From an uncultured Candidatus Saccharibacteria bacterium (GTDB lineage Bacteria; Patescibacteriota; Saccharimonadia; Saccharimonadales; CAZDQS01), in NCBI GenBank assembly GCA_964507855.1, contig CAZDQS010000001.1:230121-294120 (forward strand): a stretch of 64,000 bases of DNA, read 5' to 3'. Each line of letters begins with the position of its first letter. Within the stretch, counting starts at the first letter, position 1. Below the pieces are notes generated by a model. The model had not been told where the DNA came from. It saw only the letters and a program-made list of their open reading frames with translations, and did not search any database. Shown piece by piece: positions 17,470 to 26,925 of the stretch. Position numbers and translations under genes: made by a program.

Positions 17470-18119
17470 GGTTTTACAAAGATAGTTAGGTTAACGCTAA
17501 AGTCAAATTCGCCCTCACCTTGGTTGGTTGGGGTTATGGTAACTTGGGAAACTTGCATGGTGCGGCGGTTGAGTTCGAGTTTTTGCAGGAATTGCTGGAA
17601 CCGCTCAAAGGTAATCGGCTGGTTTGGCGCTGCCTTATCGAACCCAACAGAAGCGGAGATGCCGAGTACTCCACTGATGCCTTCGACTGGTTTGGCCTGG
17701 GTCACGGCATTGGTAGCTTGCGATTGTGTTTGCGGCTGCGCGCCTTCAGTGGTTGTCTGCGGCTTGGCAGTTTGTGTCTTGCGGCCAAGTTCAGAGGTGG
17801 GGAAAGTGATGTTGGTGATGCGAATGCCGCTTTCCTCGGCAATAGCAAACAGTTCTCGTATGGCACGAGCTTGATCTTTGTCCTGGGGCAGGATGCGATC
17901 AATGCTGGCTTTGAGTTCTTCGTGCTGTTTCAGCTCATTGCGGGAGCGGACAAAGGTGCTTTCTTTGGCTTCGACGCCGGCAAGCTCTGCTTTGATACTG
18001 GCAACATTAGCGGCTTTTGTTTGAAGATATTGGTTAGAGAAGTAAGCAACCGCACCGCCCGTGACAACGAGCAGCGCCAGAACGCCCATCATCAGATAGT
18101 TAAATCGTTTTGCATTCAT
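17466..18119 (-). CDS. pilO: PilO-like pilus assembly protein
   Basis: N-terminal TM helix plus coiled coil; position after pilN; overlapping stop/start. Confidence 0.6.
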   Translation of the reverse strand: MNAKRFNYLMMGVLALLVVTGGAVAYFSNQYLQTKAANVASIKAELAGVEAKESTFVRSRNELKQHEELKASIDRILPQDKDQARAIRELFAIAEESGIRITNITFPTSELGRKTQTAKPQTTTEGAQPQTQSQATNAVTQAKPVEGISGVLGISASVGFDKAAPNQPITFERFQQFLQKLELNRRTMQVSQVTITPTNQGEGEFDFSVNLTIFVKP

Positions 18120-18721
18120 TGGGCGTTATCTCCAAGTGAATTGAGGAACAGGAAGGTAGCATCTTTCTTATATAAAGCTCGGATGCTGACTTCACATGGA
18201 TAGGCGGTTGTGGCGGTCTCGCCTTCAGCCGCACAGGTTAGGGAAACAATGTCAGCTTCTTCAAACAGTTGATTGGCGGGGTCGGTGAAGTTGACTTGGG
18301 TTTGGGCGGCGGTTTTTTCATCGCGCGTGCCTACCATGAGATCGAGGGCAACATCCTCAGGTGTTAACGTCAAACCAGTCAGTACAGCGCCTTCCGGCAA
18401 GGCCGCTCCCAGGTGCGGGATAAGTTGCGAGAATAGCACCTGCTTGGACAATATCTGCATAACGGTGCGGACGCCGTTTGCAAGCTCTGTGTATTCCTTC
18501 TGGCTCTCGGGTAGTTTTTCGCGTTCGATTCGTTGGTTGGTCGAGTCGACTGTCAGGCGCAGGTTCTTCTCGCTGTTGCTGATATAGAAATGCCCGAAAA
18601 ACGCCGTTACGCACAGGCCGGCAATCACGCAAAATACCGCAACACACCAGTGTAGCAGTATGCGGTTACGGCGGGCGTAGCGCATTTGCTCTTTCAGGTC
18701 GGTCGGTATGAGGTTGATCAT
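18116..18721 (-). CDS. pilN: PilN-like pilus assembly protein
   Basis: MINLIPTDLKEQMRYARRNRILLHW + TM helix is the typical PilN N-terminus. Confidence 0.7.
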   Translation of the reverse strand: MINLIPTDLKEQMRYARRNRILLHWCVAVFCVIAGLCVTAFFGHFYISNSEKNLRLTVDSTNQRIEREKLPESQKEYTELANGVRTVMQILSKQVLFSQLIPHLGAALPEGAVLTGLTLTPEDVALDLMVGTRDEKTAAQTQVNFTDPANQLFEEADIVSLTCAAEGETATTAYPCEVSIRALYKKDATFLFLNSLGDNAQ

Positions 18722-19782
18722 TGCATCTCCTCTCCCGGTTCTAACATAGCGAGTCCAGCCACAGTAACATACATGGAGCGCTCGACTGCGTTTGGCGGCT
18801 GCAGGTCGTGGAACTTGATGGCTCTCCAGGGACTGGCCATTCGCGTGGGAAGGCGCAATTGGTCGGTGATGTAGTCGCTGAGCCCCGGCATGTTTGCGCC
18901 ACCACCGAGGGTGATAACCTGGCCGATTTTACTTTGGGAATTTTCGCGGTCGTCGTAGTACCGCACCATTTTTCGGATTTCTTTGACGAGCCGGTCGAGT
19001 GAGGGCTTGAGTGTCTCGATGATTTCTGCCTGTTTCTTGCTCTTGTCAAGACCGTATTTTGTCTTGATGGTGTGGGCAACTTGTCGTGAGACGCCAAGTT
19101 TTTGAGCGATGAGGTCGGTGAAGTTATCTCCGCCGCCTGCAACCGTACCGGTGACAATAATGGTTTTGTCGATAATTGTTATGTCAGCCGAGACCGATCC
19201 GAAGTCAATCAAAATTGTAGGGGTATCGCCCGGTTCTGTATTCTTGACTAAGCGACTGGCGGCACTAATAGTTGTCTCGAGTGAACACAGCTCCAAACCC
19301 ATAACATCACAGAGGGCGACGTATGAATCAACGAGCTTCTTTGGTGCTGCGACGACAAGTAGCTCTAGCTCCTTCCCGTTGTCAGCCGTGATTTCATAAT
19401 CTATGTAGAGGTCATCTACGGGCATGGGGATATATTGCTCTGCTTCGGAGCGTACTGCGGCGTCAATGTCCTTTTTGTCGAGCTTCGGTAACTTCATGGT
19501 CCGGCTAAAGACTCGGGCCGCCGGTACCGTTAACGCGACGCGGCGGGTGCTGATGGTGCCGATAAGGCTGTGCTCGAAAAGCTCCTTTGTTGCTTTGGCG
19601 ATAATTTCAGGTTTCACAATGACGCCGTTATTAACTGCGCTTGGGTCAAAACTGGCAATACCGTAGCCGGCTACCGCGGCCGAGGCCGCACCCATGTCCT
19701 CGATCTGCATCACTTTGACAGTGCTAAAGCCCAGGTCAAGGGCGAAAATGGGCTTGTCTTTATACAGAAGCGGTATATTCAT
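18718..19782 (-). CDS. pilM: Type IV pilus assembly protein PilM (actin-like ATPase fold)
   Basis: 354 aa; ALDLGFSTVKVMQ.., IDFGSVSADITI, TLGGGANMPGL. Confidence 0.85.
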   Translation of the reverse strand: MNIPLLYKDKPIFALDLGFSTVKVMQIEDMGAASAAVAGYGIASFDPSAVNNGVIVKPEIIAKATKELFEHSLIGTISTRRVALTVPAARVFSRTMKLPKLDKKDIDAAVRSEAEQYIPMPVDDLYIDYEITADNGKELELLVVAAPKKLVDSYVALCDVMGLELCSLETTISAASRLVKNTEPGDTPTILIDFGSVSADITIIDKTIIVTGTVAGGGDNFTDLIAQKLGVSRQVAHTIKTKYGLDKSKKQAEIIETLKPSLDRLVKEIRKMVRYYDDRENSQSKIGQVITLGGGANMPGLSDYITDQLRLPTRMASPWRAIKFHDLQPPNAVERSMYVTVAGLAMLEPGEEMQ

Positions 19783-19863
19783 ATGAAATTTATATTCCCG
19801 AGCTCAAATCTTATGTTCAGTATAGCAAAATGCTCACGGTTATCCCAATCTATTCGACGTGGT

Positions 19864-19897
19864 AAAACGAAACCGCCCCCAGGAGTTGAGGGCGGTT
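19864..19897 (-). terminator. Rho-independent terminator after pilA
   Basis: Minus strand ACCGCCC TCAACTCCTGG GGGCGGT followed by TTCGTTTT. Confidence 0.65.
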
Positions 19898-19918
19898 TTG
19901 GTAATCATGCTGAGCAGA

Positions 19919-20407
19919 TTAGTTATTGTTCAGACCAAGCTTGACGTACGGGTTCGTTGTCGTTCCGGACGGACGCTCAATGTACGTCTTGAGCACGTAA
20001 CCGGTACAGCTTGTGCCGTCACAGCCGTATGGCACGTACAGGTAGCTTGCACCACCGTCGGTGTCGCTGGCTGGTGCAGCAACTGCATTGGCTGCATCTT
20101 CGTCAGCTACAGCAGCATTGATGCTAATGCTGTCACCACCTGTTGGGTCTGTCATCGCACCTGCATCCATACCAGGGAAGGTGTCAGCAGTGAACGTGCT
20201 TGGATAGTGACTGTTGTCGTTGTAATACTCTTCCAGCTTGCTATGCAATGTGTTGACATCGGTTACGCGCTGTGTGTCGCGTGCCTTCGCCTGTGCACCC
20301 TGGAAGTTGTTGAGCACAAGCATTGCCAAAGCAATGATGATGGCGATCACGATAAGAAGTTCGATAATCGTGAACCCTTCTTTTGCTTTCTTGATTTGTT
20401 GAAACAT
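19919..20407 (-). CDS. pilA: Major type IV pilin PilA
   Basis: ATG at 20407 preceded by AAGGAGGG. MFQQIKKAKEG|FTIIELLIVIAIIIALA. Track ORF to 20551 is over-extended. Confidence 0.9.
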   Translation of the reverse strand: MFQQIKKAKEGFTIIELLIVIAIIIALAMLVLNNFQGAQAKARDTQRVTDVNTLHSKLEEYYNDNSHYPSTFTADTFPGMDAGAMTDPTGGDSISINAAVADEDAANAVAAPASDTDGGASYLYVPYGCDGTSCTGYVLKTYIERPSGTTTNPYVKLGLNNN

Positions 20408-20568
20408 AGAAGCCCACCCTCCTTGTTTTAGTGAACTGAATAAAGCCTGTTTGTTAATGTTTTTTATATATGGCTTATGCTTATACACTATCATAAGCTC
20501 TTTAAGATGCAATAGTTTGCGATGAAAAAATACACTGACAAGATAGAACAAAAATGTATAAAAAGCGT

Positions 20569-21792
20569 CTAGAGCTGTGTAGAGAGATTGCTGATTGGCC
20601 CAATGACGGCAGCAGCGATGAGCCCAACCATACCACCCATAACGACAATCATGATGGGCTCAATAATGGAACTCATACTGTCCACGATGGCATCTACTTC
20701 TTCCTCGTAGAAGTCAGCGACTTTTACGAGCACGGTATCGGTTTTACCGGTTTCTTCGCCAATGGAGAGCATCTGACTGACGATTGGGGGAAAGGTGGGG
20801 CTGCTGGCGAGTGGCACGGAGAGCTGTTGGCCGTTCGCGACTGCCTTGGACGCGCTCATGAGCTCGTCCTCAATAACAGAATTACCGATGGCCTTTGCGG
20901 TTACTTCAATTGAGTCCAGGACTGTCACGCCGGCGCTCATCAGGGAGGCGAAGATACGGGCAAACCGGGCGATGGCGACCTTCTTTATAACAGTTTTCAG
21001 TACGGGGATTTTTAGCAAGAACTCGTCTTTTTTGCGTCTCCCGCCCGGGGTCTTGATGTAGCGGCGAAGGAAAAAGCCGCCGATGAGTGCACCGCCAACG
21101 ATGATGTACCAATGTGAGGTCATGAAGCCACTAATGCTGAGCATGATTTTGGTCAGGGTTGGCAGTTCGGCGTCCGGGCCGGCCAGATCGGTAATCATAA
21201 CGCCGATGCGCGGCATAGCGATAAGCATCAGGCCGAAGAACACCGCTGTTGTGATGGTAAGTAGTACGATCGGGTATGTCATGGCGCTCTTGAACTTGCC
21301 GCGGATGTGGGCGTCTTTTTCTTGCTGGGTTGCTAGTTTGCGCAAGATTTCATCCAAAATACCGCCAGCCTCGCCAGCTCGGACCATGTTGACGTAGATG
21401 GGCGAGAAGACGTTCGGGTGTTTCTCGAGCGCATCGGCGAACGCGCTCCCACCCTCGACATCTTTGGCGACTTGATTAATGTGCTCGCGGAGCGTTTGGT
21501 TCTCGGTTTGGGCCTGGAGGGTGGCAAGTGAGCGGGCCAGGGGTACGCCAGCATTAATCATAGTAGCCAACTGCCGTGTAAAGATGACGAGGTCTTTGAG
21601 CTTTACTCTATTGCCGCCGATATTAAGGTTCAAGTTGCCGAGCATACCGCCCCCCTTGGAGGCGCTGATAGTGAGCGGCCTGAGTTCACGACGTTGGAGC
21701 GTCTGGCTGGCGGAGAACTGGCTCGAGGCGTCGATAGTACCGGTAACGCGCTTGCCTGATTTGTCGAGAGCGGTGTATACGAATTGGGCCAT
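20569..21792 (-). CDS. pilC: Type IV pilus platform protein PilC (GspF family)
   Basis: 407 aa; duplicated GspF domains, FTRQLATMINAGVPL. Confidence 0.9.
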   Translation of the reverse strand: MAQFVYTALDKSGKRVTGTIDASSQFSASQTLQRRELRPLTISASKGGGMLGNLNLNIGGNRVKLKDLVIFTRQLATMINAGVPLARSLATLQAQTENQTLREHINQVAKDVEGGSAFADALEKHPNVFSPIYVNMVRAGEAGGILDEILRKLATQQEKDAHIRGKFKSAMTYPIVLLTITTAVFFGLMLIAMPRIGVMITDLAGPDAELPTLTKIMLSISGFMTSHWYIIVGGALIGGFFLRRYIKTPGGRRKKDEFLLKIPVLKTVIKKVAIARFARIFASLMSAGVTVLDSIEVTAKAIGNSVIEDELMSASKAVANGQQLSVPLASSPTFPPIVSQMLSIGEETGKTDTVLVKVADFYEEEVDAIVDSMSSIIEPIMIVVMGGMVGLIAAAVIGPISNLSTQL

Positions 21793-21795
21793 ATC

Positions 21796-23550
21796 CTATT
21801 CCCTCGTAACCCTTAGGATTTCTTCTATGCTTGTCATACCCAAGAAGGCTTTGACAAGCCCGTCCAGCTGCATTGTGGACATGCCTTCCTCTATGGCTTT
21901 GGTCTGAATTTGCTCACTGGTGCCATTGGAGACTATCAATTTTTGGATTTCCGGCGAAACATCCAATACCTCATAGATACCCATGCGTCCCTTGTAGCCA
22001 GTGTGGCCTTCACCGAGATCACCCTTTGGTCGCCAGAGCGTGAGCTTGCTTGATTTTGGCTTGCCGAACGCTTCTTGGGCTTCACCGACAAGCTCTTGGA
22101 CACGCTTCCATTCAGCGTCGGAGTCAATGCCGAAAACACGGGCAAGCTCCTTCAGCTCTTTGTCGTCGGGGGTGTACTCTTCGCACTCTTCCGGTACGAG
22201 GCGGCGAACGAGGCGCTGGCCGATGACGACACGTACAGTGCTGGCAATCAAGAACGGCTCAATACCCATGTCTAAAAGACGCGGCAGACAGGTTGCGGCA
22301 TTGTTGGTGTGGAGCGTTGAAAAGACCAGGTGGCCGGTTAACGCAGCCTGGACGCCCAAGCCTGCGGTTTCACCGTCGCGGATCTCACCAACCATGATGA
22401 TGTTCGGATCTTGGCGCAGCAGTGCACGCAGGCCGTTTGCGAATGTCATGCCGGCGATTGGATTTACCTGTGTCTGATTGACGCCCTCCAGCTTGTATTC
22501 GACGGGATCTTCGACGGTAGAGATGTTGACGTCCGGTTTGTTGAGGATGTTGAGCACGCTGTGCAAAGTTGTTGACTTACCGGAGCCGGTCGGACCGGTG
22601 ACGAGAATCATGCCGTGTGGTTGGACGATGGCATTGTTGATATTGCGGAGCGCCAGACCCCAGAAGCCCAGCTGCTCCAAGGAGAGTGGCTCGCTTGATT
22701 CGTCGAGCACGCGCATGACGACTTTCTCGCCGTCGGCTATTGGGAGCGTAGAGACACGGAAGGCAAACACGCGGCCGTTCATGTTGATCTTGAAGCGGCC
22801 GTCCTGTGGCGCGCGTCGTTCGTCAATCTTGAGGTTGGAAAGGATTTTGATGCGCGAGACGAGTGCCGCCATGGTGCGCTTCGGCAGCTTATTGGCTTCG
22901 CGTAACACGCCGTCGACACGGTAGCGTACCAGGACAAATTTGGCGCGCGGCTCGATGTGGATATCGCTGGCGCCGGATTTTACGGCATATTCGATAATCA
23001 GGTTGACCGTCTGAGCGATCGGCGAATCTTCGCTGAGGTCTTCTTCGTCGACTTCTTCTTCGTCAATGCCTTCGCCGTCCTCATCAGTCATGACTTTGCT
23101 GATTTCGCTTGAAATGTTGCCGCGGTACTGGTCCAGCGCTGCAAGGATATTTGTCCGGGTTGCCGCGGATATCTTCAGGTCCGCACCAAGCTGTTTCTGC
23201 AGGAAGCTAATTGCCTGGACATCATCCGGATCGAGCATGGCGATCTGGTGCGAACCGTTCTCGGCGATGCCAAAGACGACAGCGTTGTACTGACGGGCGA
23301 TGCGCTCGGGAATGAGCTTGAGGATATCGCGCGGGATAGATTTAGGGTCCAGCTCGACAAAGGGAACGTCAATTTCTTTGGCGTAGGCTTTGGTGGCTTC
23401 AGTTTCCGACAGCAAGTTTGAAGCAACAGCTAACTCAAGCAGCGGCTTCTTGTCACTTTTAGCCTGCGCCTTGAGGTCTGCAATTTGCTCTTTTGTGACT
23501 TTGTCATTCTTATCGAGCAATTGCTCCACAAAAGTATCGGATATACGCAT
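21796..23550 (-). CDS. pilB: Type IV pilus extension ATPase PilB (GspE family)
   Basis: ATG at 23550 (MRISDTFVEQLL). Walker A GPTGSGKSTT, VGEIRD, HLVFSTLHTN. Confidence 0.9.
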   Translation of the reverse strand: MRISDTFVEQLLDKNDKVTKEQIADLKAQAKSDKKPLLELAVASNLLSETEATKAYAKEIDVPFVELDPKSIPRDILKLIPERIARQYNAVVFGIAENGSHQIAMLDPDDVQAISFLQKQLGADLKISAATRTNILAALDQYRGNISSEISKVMTDEDGEGIDEEEVDEEDLSEDSPIAQTVNLIIEYAVKSGASDIHIEPRAKFVLVRYRVDGVLREANKLPKRTMAALVSRIKILSNLKIDERRAPQDGRFKINMNGRVFAFRVSTLPIADGEKVVMRVLDESSEPLSLEQLGFWGLALRNINNAIVQPHGMILVTGPTGSGKSTTLHSVLNILNKPDVNISTVEDPVEYKLEGVNQTQVNPIAGMTFANGLRALLRQDPNIIMVGEIRDGETAGLGVQAALTGHLVFSTLHTNNAATCLPRLLDMGIEPFLIASTVRVVIGQRLVRRLVPEECEEYTPDDKELKELARVFGIDSDAEWKRVQELVGEAQEAFGKPKSSKLTLWRPKGDLGEGHTGYKGRMGIYEVLDVSPEIQKLIVSNGTSEQIQTKAIEEGMSTMQLDGLVKAFLGMTSIEEILRVTRE

Positions 23551-23775
23551 AGTGTTCCTACGAATTATACATAAATAACCATAAACACTACAGGACTTAC
23601 GCACCAGCCAGCTTTCCAATTTGCTTAGTTGCCCTAATTGTAAAAGACACGGGTGTTTACCAGGAAAAGCTGGAAGGGTTGTCAAGTAGGTTGTACACTA
23701 CTTTTATCATAGCCGCAAAGTTGATATACTGGCACTTGAAGCATGAGAGTGCTAACGAAAGAGGGAGGATAAGGT

Positions 23776-24795
23776 ATGGCTGAGGCAAAAGACAGCAAGC
23801 AGGGTGTGTCCGAGGGTAAGAGCAAGGCATTAGGGCTAGCACTCGACCAGATAGAAAAACAATTTGGCAAGGGCTCGATTATGAAGCTCGGTGAGGCCCA
23901 CAAGGTCAATGTCGAGACGATTCCGACTGGCAGTATCTCGCTTGATTTGGCGCTGGGCGGCGGTATTCCAAAAGGAAGGATTGTTGAAATTTACGGCCCG
24001 GAAAGCTCCGGCAAGACAACGTTGACACTGCACGCTATCGCTGAAGTGCAACGTAACGGCGGTACGGCCGCGTTTATTGATGCCGAACACGCCCTTGATC
24101 CTGCCTATGCCAAGCGCATCGGCGTAGATGTCGAAAACCTGTTGCTTTCACAGCCGGACAATGGTGAGCAGGCGCTGGAAATTGTTGAGACGCTGGTGCG
24201 TTCCAACGCCGTTGATTTGATTGTCGTTGACTCGGTAGCTGCGCTGGTGCCGCGGGCTGAAATCGAAGGCGAAATGGGCGATAGCCACATGGGGCTCCAG
24301 GCGCGGTTGATGAGCCAGGCGTTGCGCAAGCTGACCGGTATTATCAACAAGTCCAAGGGCACAGTCATATTCATTAACCAGATCCGTATGAAGATTGGTG
24401 TGATGTTTGGCAACCCGGAGACGACGACCGGCGGTAATGCGCTGAAGTTCTACGCTTCGGTTCGCATGGATATTCGCCGTACCTCGCAAATCAAGCAGGG
24501 CGAGGAAGTCATCGGTAACCGTACGCGAGTGAAGGTAGTCAAGAACAAGATTGCGCCGCCATTCCGCCAGGCTGAATTCGACATCATGTACAACAAAGGT
24601 ATTAGCCGCTCCGGCGATGTGCTGGACATGGCCGTGGATCGGGGTATTGTTGAGAAGTCCGGCGCCTGGTTTGCCTACAATGACGGCAAAATCGGCCAAG
24701 GCCGCGAAGCCGCCAAGAACTATCTAGAAGAAAATCCCAAAACCATGGAAGAAATAGCCAAGAAAGTAGCCGAAGCCGCCGCCAAGGAGGAATAG
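23776..24795 (+). CDS. recA: Recombinase RecA
   Basis: [19 protein letters not shown]; SD GGGAGGA upstream. Confidence 0.98.
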   Translation: MAEAKDSKQGVSEGKSKALGLALDQIEKQFGKGSIMKLGEAHKVNVETIPTGSISLDLALGGGIPKGRIVEIYGPESSGKTTLTLHAIAEVQRNGGTAAFIDAEHALDPAYAKRIGVDVENLLLSQPDNGEQALEIVETLVRSNAVDLIVVDSVAALVPRAEIEGEMGDSHMGLQARLMSQALRKLTGIINKSKGTVIFINQIRMKIGVMFGNPETTTGGNALKFYASVRMDIRRTSQIKQGEEVIGNRTRVKVVKNKIAPPFRQAEFDIMYNKGISRSGDVLDMAVDRGIVEKSGAWFAYNDGKIGQGREAAKNYLEENPKTMEEIAKKVAEAAAKEE

Positions 24796-24797
24796 CA

Positions 24798-25178
24798 ATG
24801 GACAAACCAAGACCACATATACCGGAATGGTCAGATCGGGGCGCAGATATAGCAGATATAGAGGAGAGATCCGATCCGCCCATGCCGCGTGAGTATCGGG
24901 AAGATTACACGGGTACAGGCACCTATGTGGCTATTGCTCCATCTCCTGATACGCCATCATGGGTTCGGGAGACCTTAACTGGACCTACTGAAGAAGTAGA
25001 GGCATCTACGAGAGTCAATGAGTATATTGCCGGCACTCCCGAAGTGAGGGCCCCACGACCATTTCCACTAGACGGTACCGAAAAGCCAGGAGAAGTCTAT
25101 GCCTTTTCTTTACCTCCACAACTTCCAGCGGCATGGATGCGTAAGCGTATTGAAGAGATTCGCAACAGATCTAAGTAA
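24798..25178 (+). CDS. Hypothetical Pro/Glu-rich protein co-transcribed with recA
   Basis: 126 aa ORF starting 2 nt after the recA stop; no recognisable domain. Confidence 0.5.
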   Translation: MDKPRPHIPEWSDRGADIADIEERSDPPMPREYREDYTGTGTYVAIAPSPDTPSWVRETLTGPTEEVEASTRVNEYIAGTPEVRAPRPFPLDGTEKPGEVYAFSLPPQLPAAWMRKRIEEIRNRSK

Positions 25179-25222
25179 GGCTCTAAGGCCGAGAATTGCC
25201 ACGAAAGAGTAGAATGTAAGCC

Positions 25223-25684
25223 ATGACTGGCATAAACCATGTGATGACGGGTGCAGTTATTGCACTGGCAGTAAAGCAACCCGCGGTGGCACTACCCTTG
25301 GCATTCCTTTCTCATTATGCCCTTGACGCCTTACCGCACTTTGGATACGACAGGAGTATTTTTGAGCGCAATAAAAAGAAGCTTTTCTGGACTGTTTTAG
25401 GATTCGATGCCGTTCTTACTGTGGTCGTCATGGGTATTGCATTCTTTCAGGTCTTAACGGGCGAGTTAGCATGGCCGGTACTTGCGGGTATGCTTGCGGC
25501 ATTTGCACCAGACGGGGCATGGATATATAGATTCGCGGTAGAAATTCGCACTAAAAAGTTCGCTCCTCCCAATCGCATTAACGCTTTCCATGCTTGGATC
25601 CAATGGTGTGAGCGGCCCTGGGGACTGGTTGTTGAAATAGTGTGGCTAGTATTAGTGGTCTTTTTCTTCAAACAGCTTGCTTAA
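25223..25684 (+). CDS. YdjM/DUF457-like inner-membrane putative metal hydrolase, copy 1
   Basis: MTGINHVMTGAVIAL..LSHYALDALPHFGY + TM helices; paralog of the next gene. Confidence 0.55.
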   Translation: MTGINHVMTGAVIALAVKQPAVALPLAFLSHYALDALPHFGYDRSIFERNKKKLFWTVLGFDAVLTVVVMGIAFFQVLTGELAWPVLAGMLAAFAPDGAWIYRFAVEIRTKKFAPPNRINAFHAWIQWCERPWGLVVEIVWLVLVVFFFKQLA

Positions 25685-25717
25685 AAGTAAACACGCGCCA
25701 CCTGTTAAACTAAGCAT

Positions 25718-26167
25718 ATGACGACCGCCAACCACATTATTTCGGGCGCAGTCATCGCTGTCGCTATCCAGCAGCCGTTGCTTTCTATACCACTTGCGTA
25801 TGCCTCCCATTTTGTATTGGACGCTATCCCACATTTTGGTTACGAGCAGAAAGGCTACGGGGCGGCACTTCGGCAAAATTTAACATACTTCTGGATGCCA
25901 ATAAGCGTTGCTGGCATGGTTTTTGTGCTGTTTTTGCTAAGAGACCAAGGGTTCTTCGTATGGTTGGCAGGTTTATTAGCTGTTTCGCCAGACCTGCTGT
26001 GGCCGTATCGGTACTTGTTTTACGAAAGGCGAGGCACGGATCCGCCGCCAGCTGGTCCAATTACACAATTTCATCAAAGGATCCAATGGTGTGAGCGGCC
26101 GTGGGGGCTGATTGTCGAGGCTGTCTGGTTCGTCGCGATGCTCGCCATATTGCAAAGGCTAGTATGA
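25718..26167 (+). CDS. YdjM/DUF457-like inner-membrane putative metal hydrolase, copy 2
   Basis: MTTANHIISGAVIAV..ASHFVLDAIPHFGY. Shares a 20-nt exact block atccaatggtgtgagcggcc with copy 1. Confidence 0.55.
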   Translation: MTTANHIISGAVIAVAIQQPLLSIPLAYASHFVLDAIPHFGYEQKGYGAALRQNLTYFWMPISVAGMVFVLFLLRDQGFFVWLAGLLAVSPDLLWPYRYLFYERRGTDPPPAGPITQFHQRIQWCERPWGLIVEAVWFVAMLAILQRLV

Positions 26168-26766
26168 AAATAACTGACATCAAGCAACAGGTTAAAAACC
26201 AGAGTCGATACTCAATTTTTGTTGATGGAAAATATAGCTTTTCTTTGAGCGAGCTGGCGCTTATTAATAGTGGCTTGCATACCGGGCAGGAAGTTACCAA
26301 AGAAGAGCTGGAGAGCCTGAAAGACACGGCCAAGCTTGATAAGGCATACAACCGCGCGTTGGCACTGGTTGCCAGGCGGTCCAGGAGCGAATGGGAGCTG
26401 CGTGATTATCTGAAGCGCAAAGAATATGATGAGCCAATCATCACAGAAATACTTAACAGGTTAAGTAATTATGGTTATGTGGATGACGAAGCATTCGCGC
26501 GTATGTGGGTGGAAAACCGCCGCTTATTAAAATCCACAAGTAAACGTCGGCTGGCACAGGAGTTGCGGCAAAAACGTATCAGTTCTGAAATCATCGATAA
26601 AGTCTTGGCCGAGGATGAGACGGACGAACTGGAGGTCCTGCGCGAGCTTGTAGCCAGCAAGCGCAAACTTCCCCGCTATCAAGACGACCTAAAGCTCATG
26701 CAATACCTCGCCCGCCAGGGATTCTCCTATGACGACATAAAAGCCGTATTGCATGGTCCTGAGTAG
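26164..26766 (+). CDS. recX: RecA regulator RecX
   Basis: ATG at 26164 overlaps the upstream TGA (ATGA). MKITDIKQQVKNQSRYSIFVDGKYSFSLSE.., three-helix repeats, ..LMQYLARQGFSYDDIKAVL. Confidence 0.85.
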   Translation: MKITDIKQQVKNQSRYSIFVDGKYSFSLSELALINSGLHTGQEVTKEELESLKDTAKLDKAYNRALALVARRSRSEWELRDYLKRKEYDEPIITEILNRLSNYGYVDDEAFARMWVENRRLLKSTSKRRLAQELRQKRISSEIIDKVLAEDETDELEVLRELVASKRKLPRYQDDLKLMQYLARQGFSYDDIKAVLHGPE

Positions 26767-26848
26767 GGGAGAGCAGCCGGAGCATCCGGCTTTGCCGGTG
26801 CGCCGCGCGATGAGAGGGGATGTTCCCCTCTCATAAGGCGTAGCCGCC

Positions 26849-26914
26849 CTTATGCAATACCTCGCTCGCCAAGGGTTTTCGTACGACTTGATTAAGCAGG
26901 TGCTTAATGATTAA
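26849..26914 (+). pseudogene. Displaced second copy of the recX 3' end (last 21 codons plus stop)
   Basis: Encodes LMQYLARQGFSYDLIKQVLND*, compared with LMQYLARQGFSYDDIKAVLHGPE* at 26695-26766. Differences are mostly synonymous third-position changes. Confidence 0.7.
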
Positions 26915-26925
26915 ATCCGTTTACA

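Noticed and set aside
23551-23685. Upstream extensions of pilB (to 23685), pilA (to 20551), a minor pilin (to 16672), the bPH gene (from 16218), the G8 protein (to 6608) and DUF192 (from 3812)
   Set aside because: The extensions lack homology-like sequence and run into neighbouring genes or promoters. Internal starts give canonical N-termini such as prepilin leaders or are preceded by an RBS or -10 box.
23551-23775. LexA/SOS box upstream of recA
   Set aside because: I looked for CTGT-N8-ACAG, GAAC-N4-GTTC and TCGAAC-N4-GTTCGA type palindromes and found none. Only a promoter-like box and a UTR hairpin are present.
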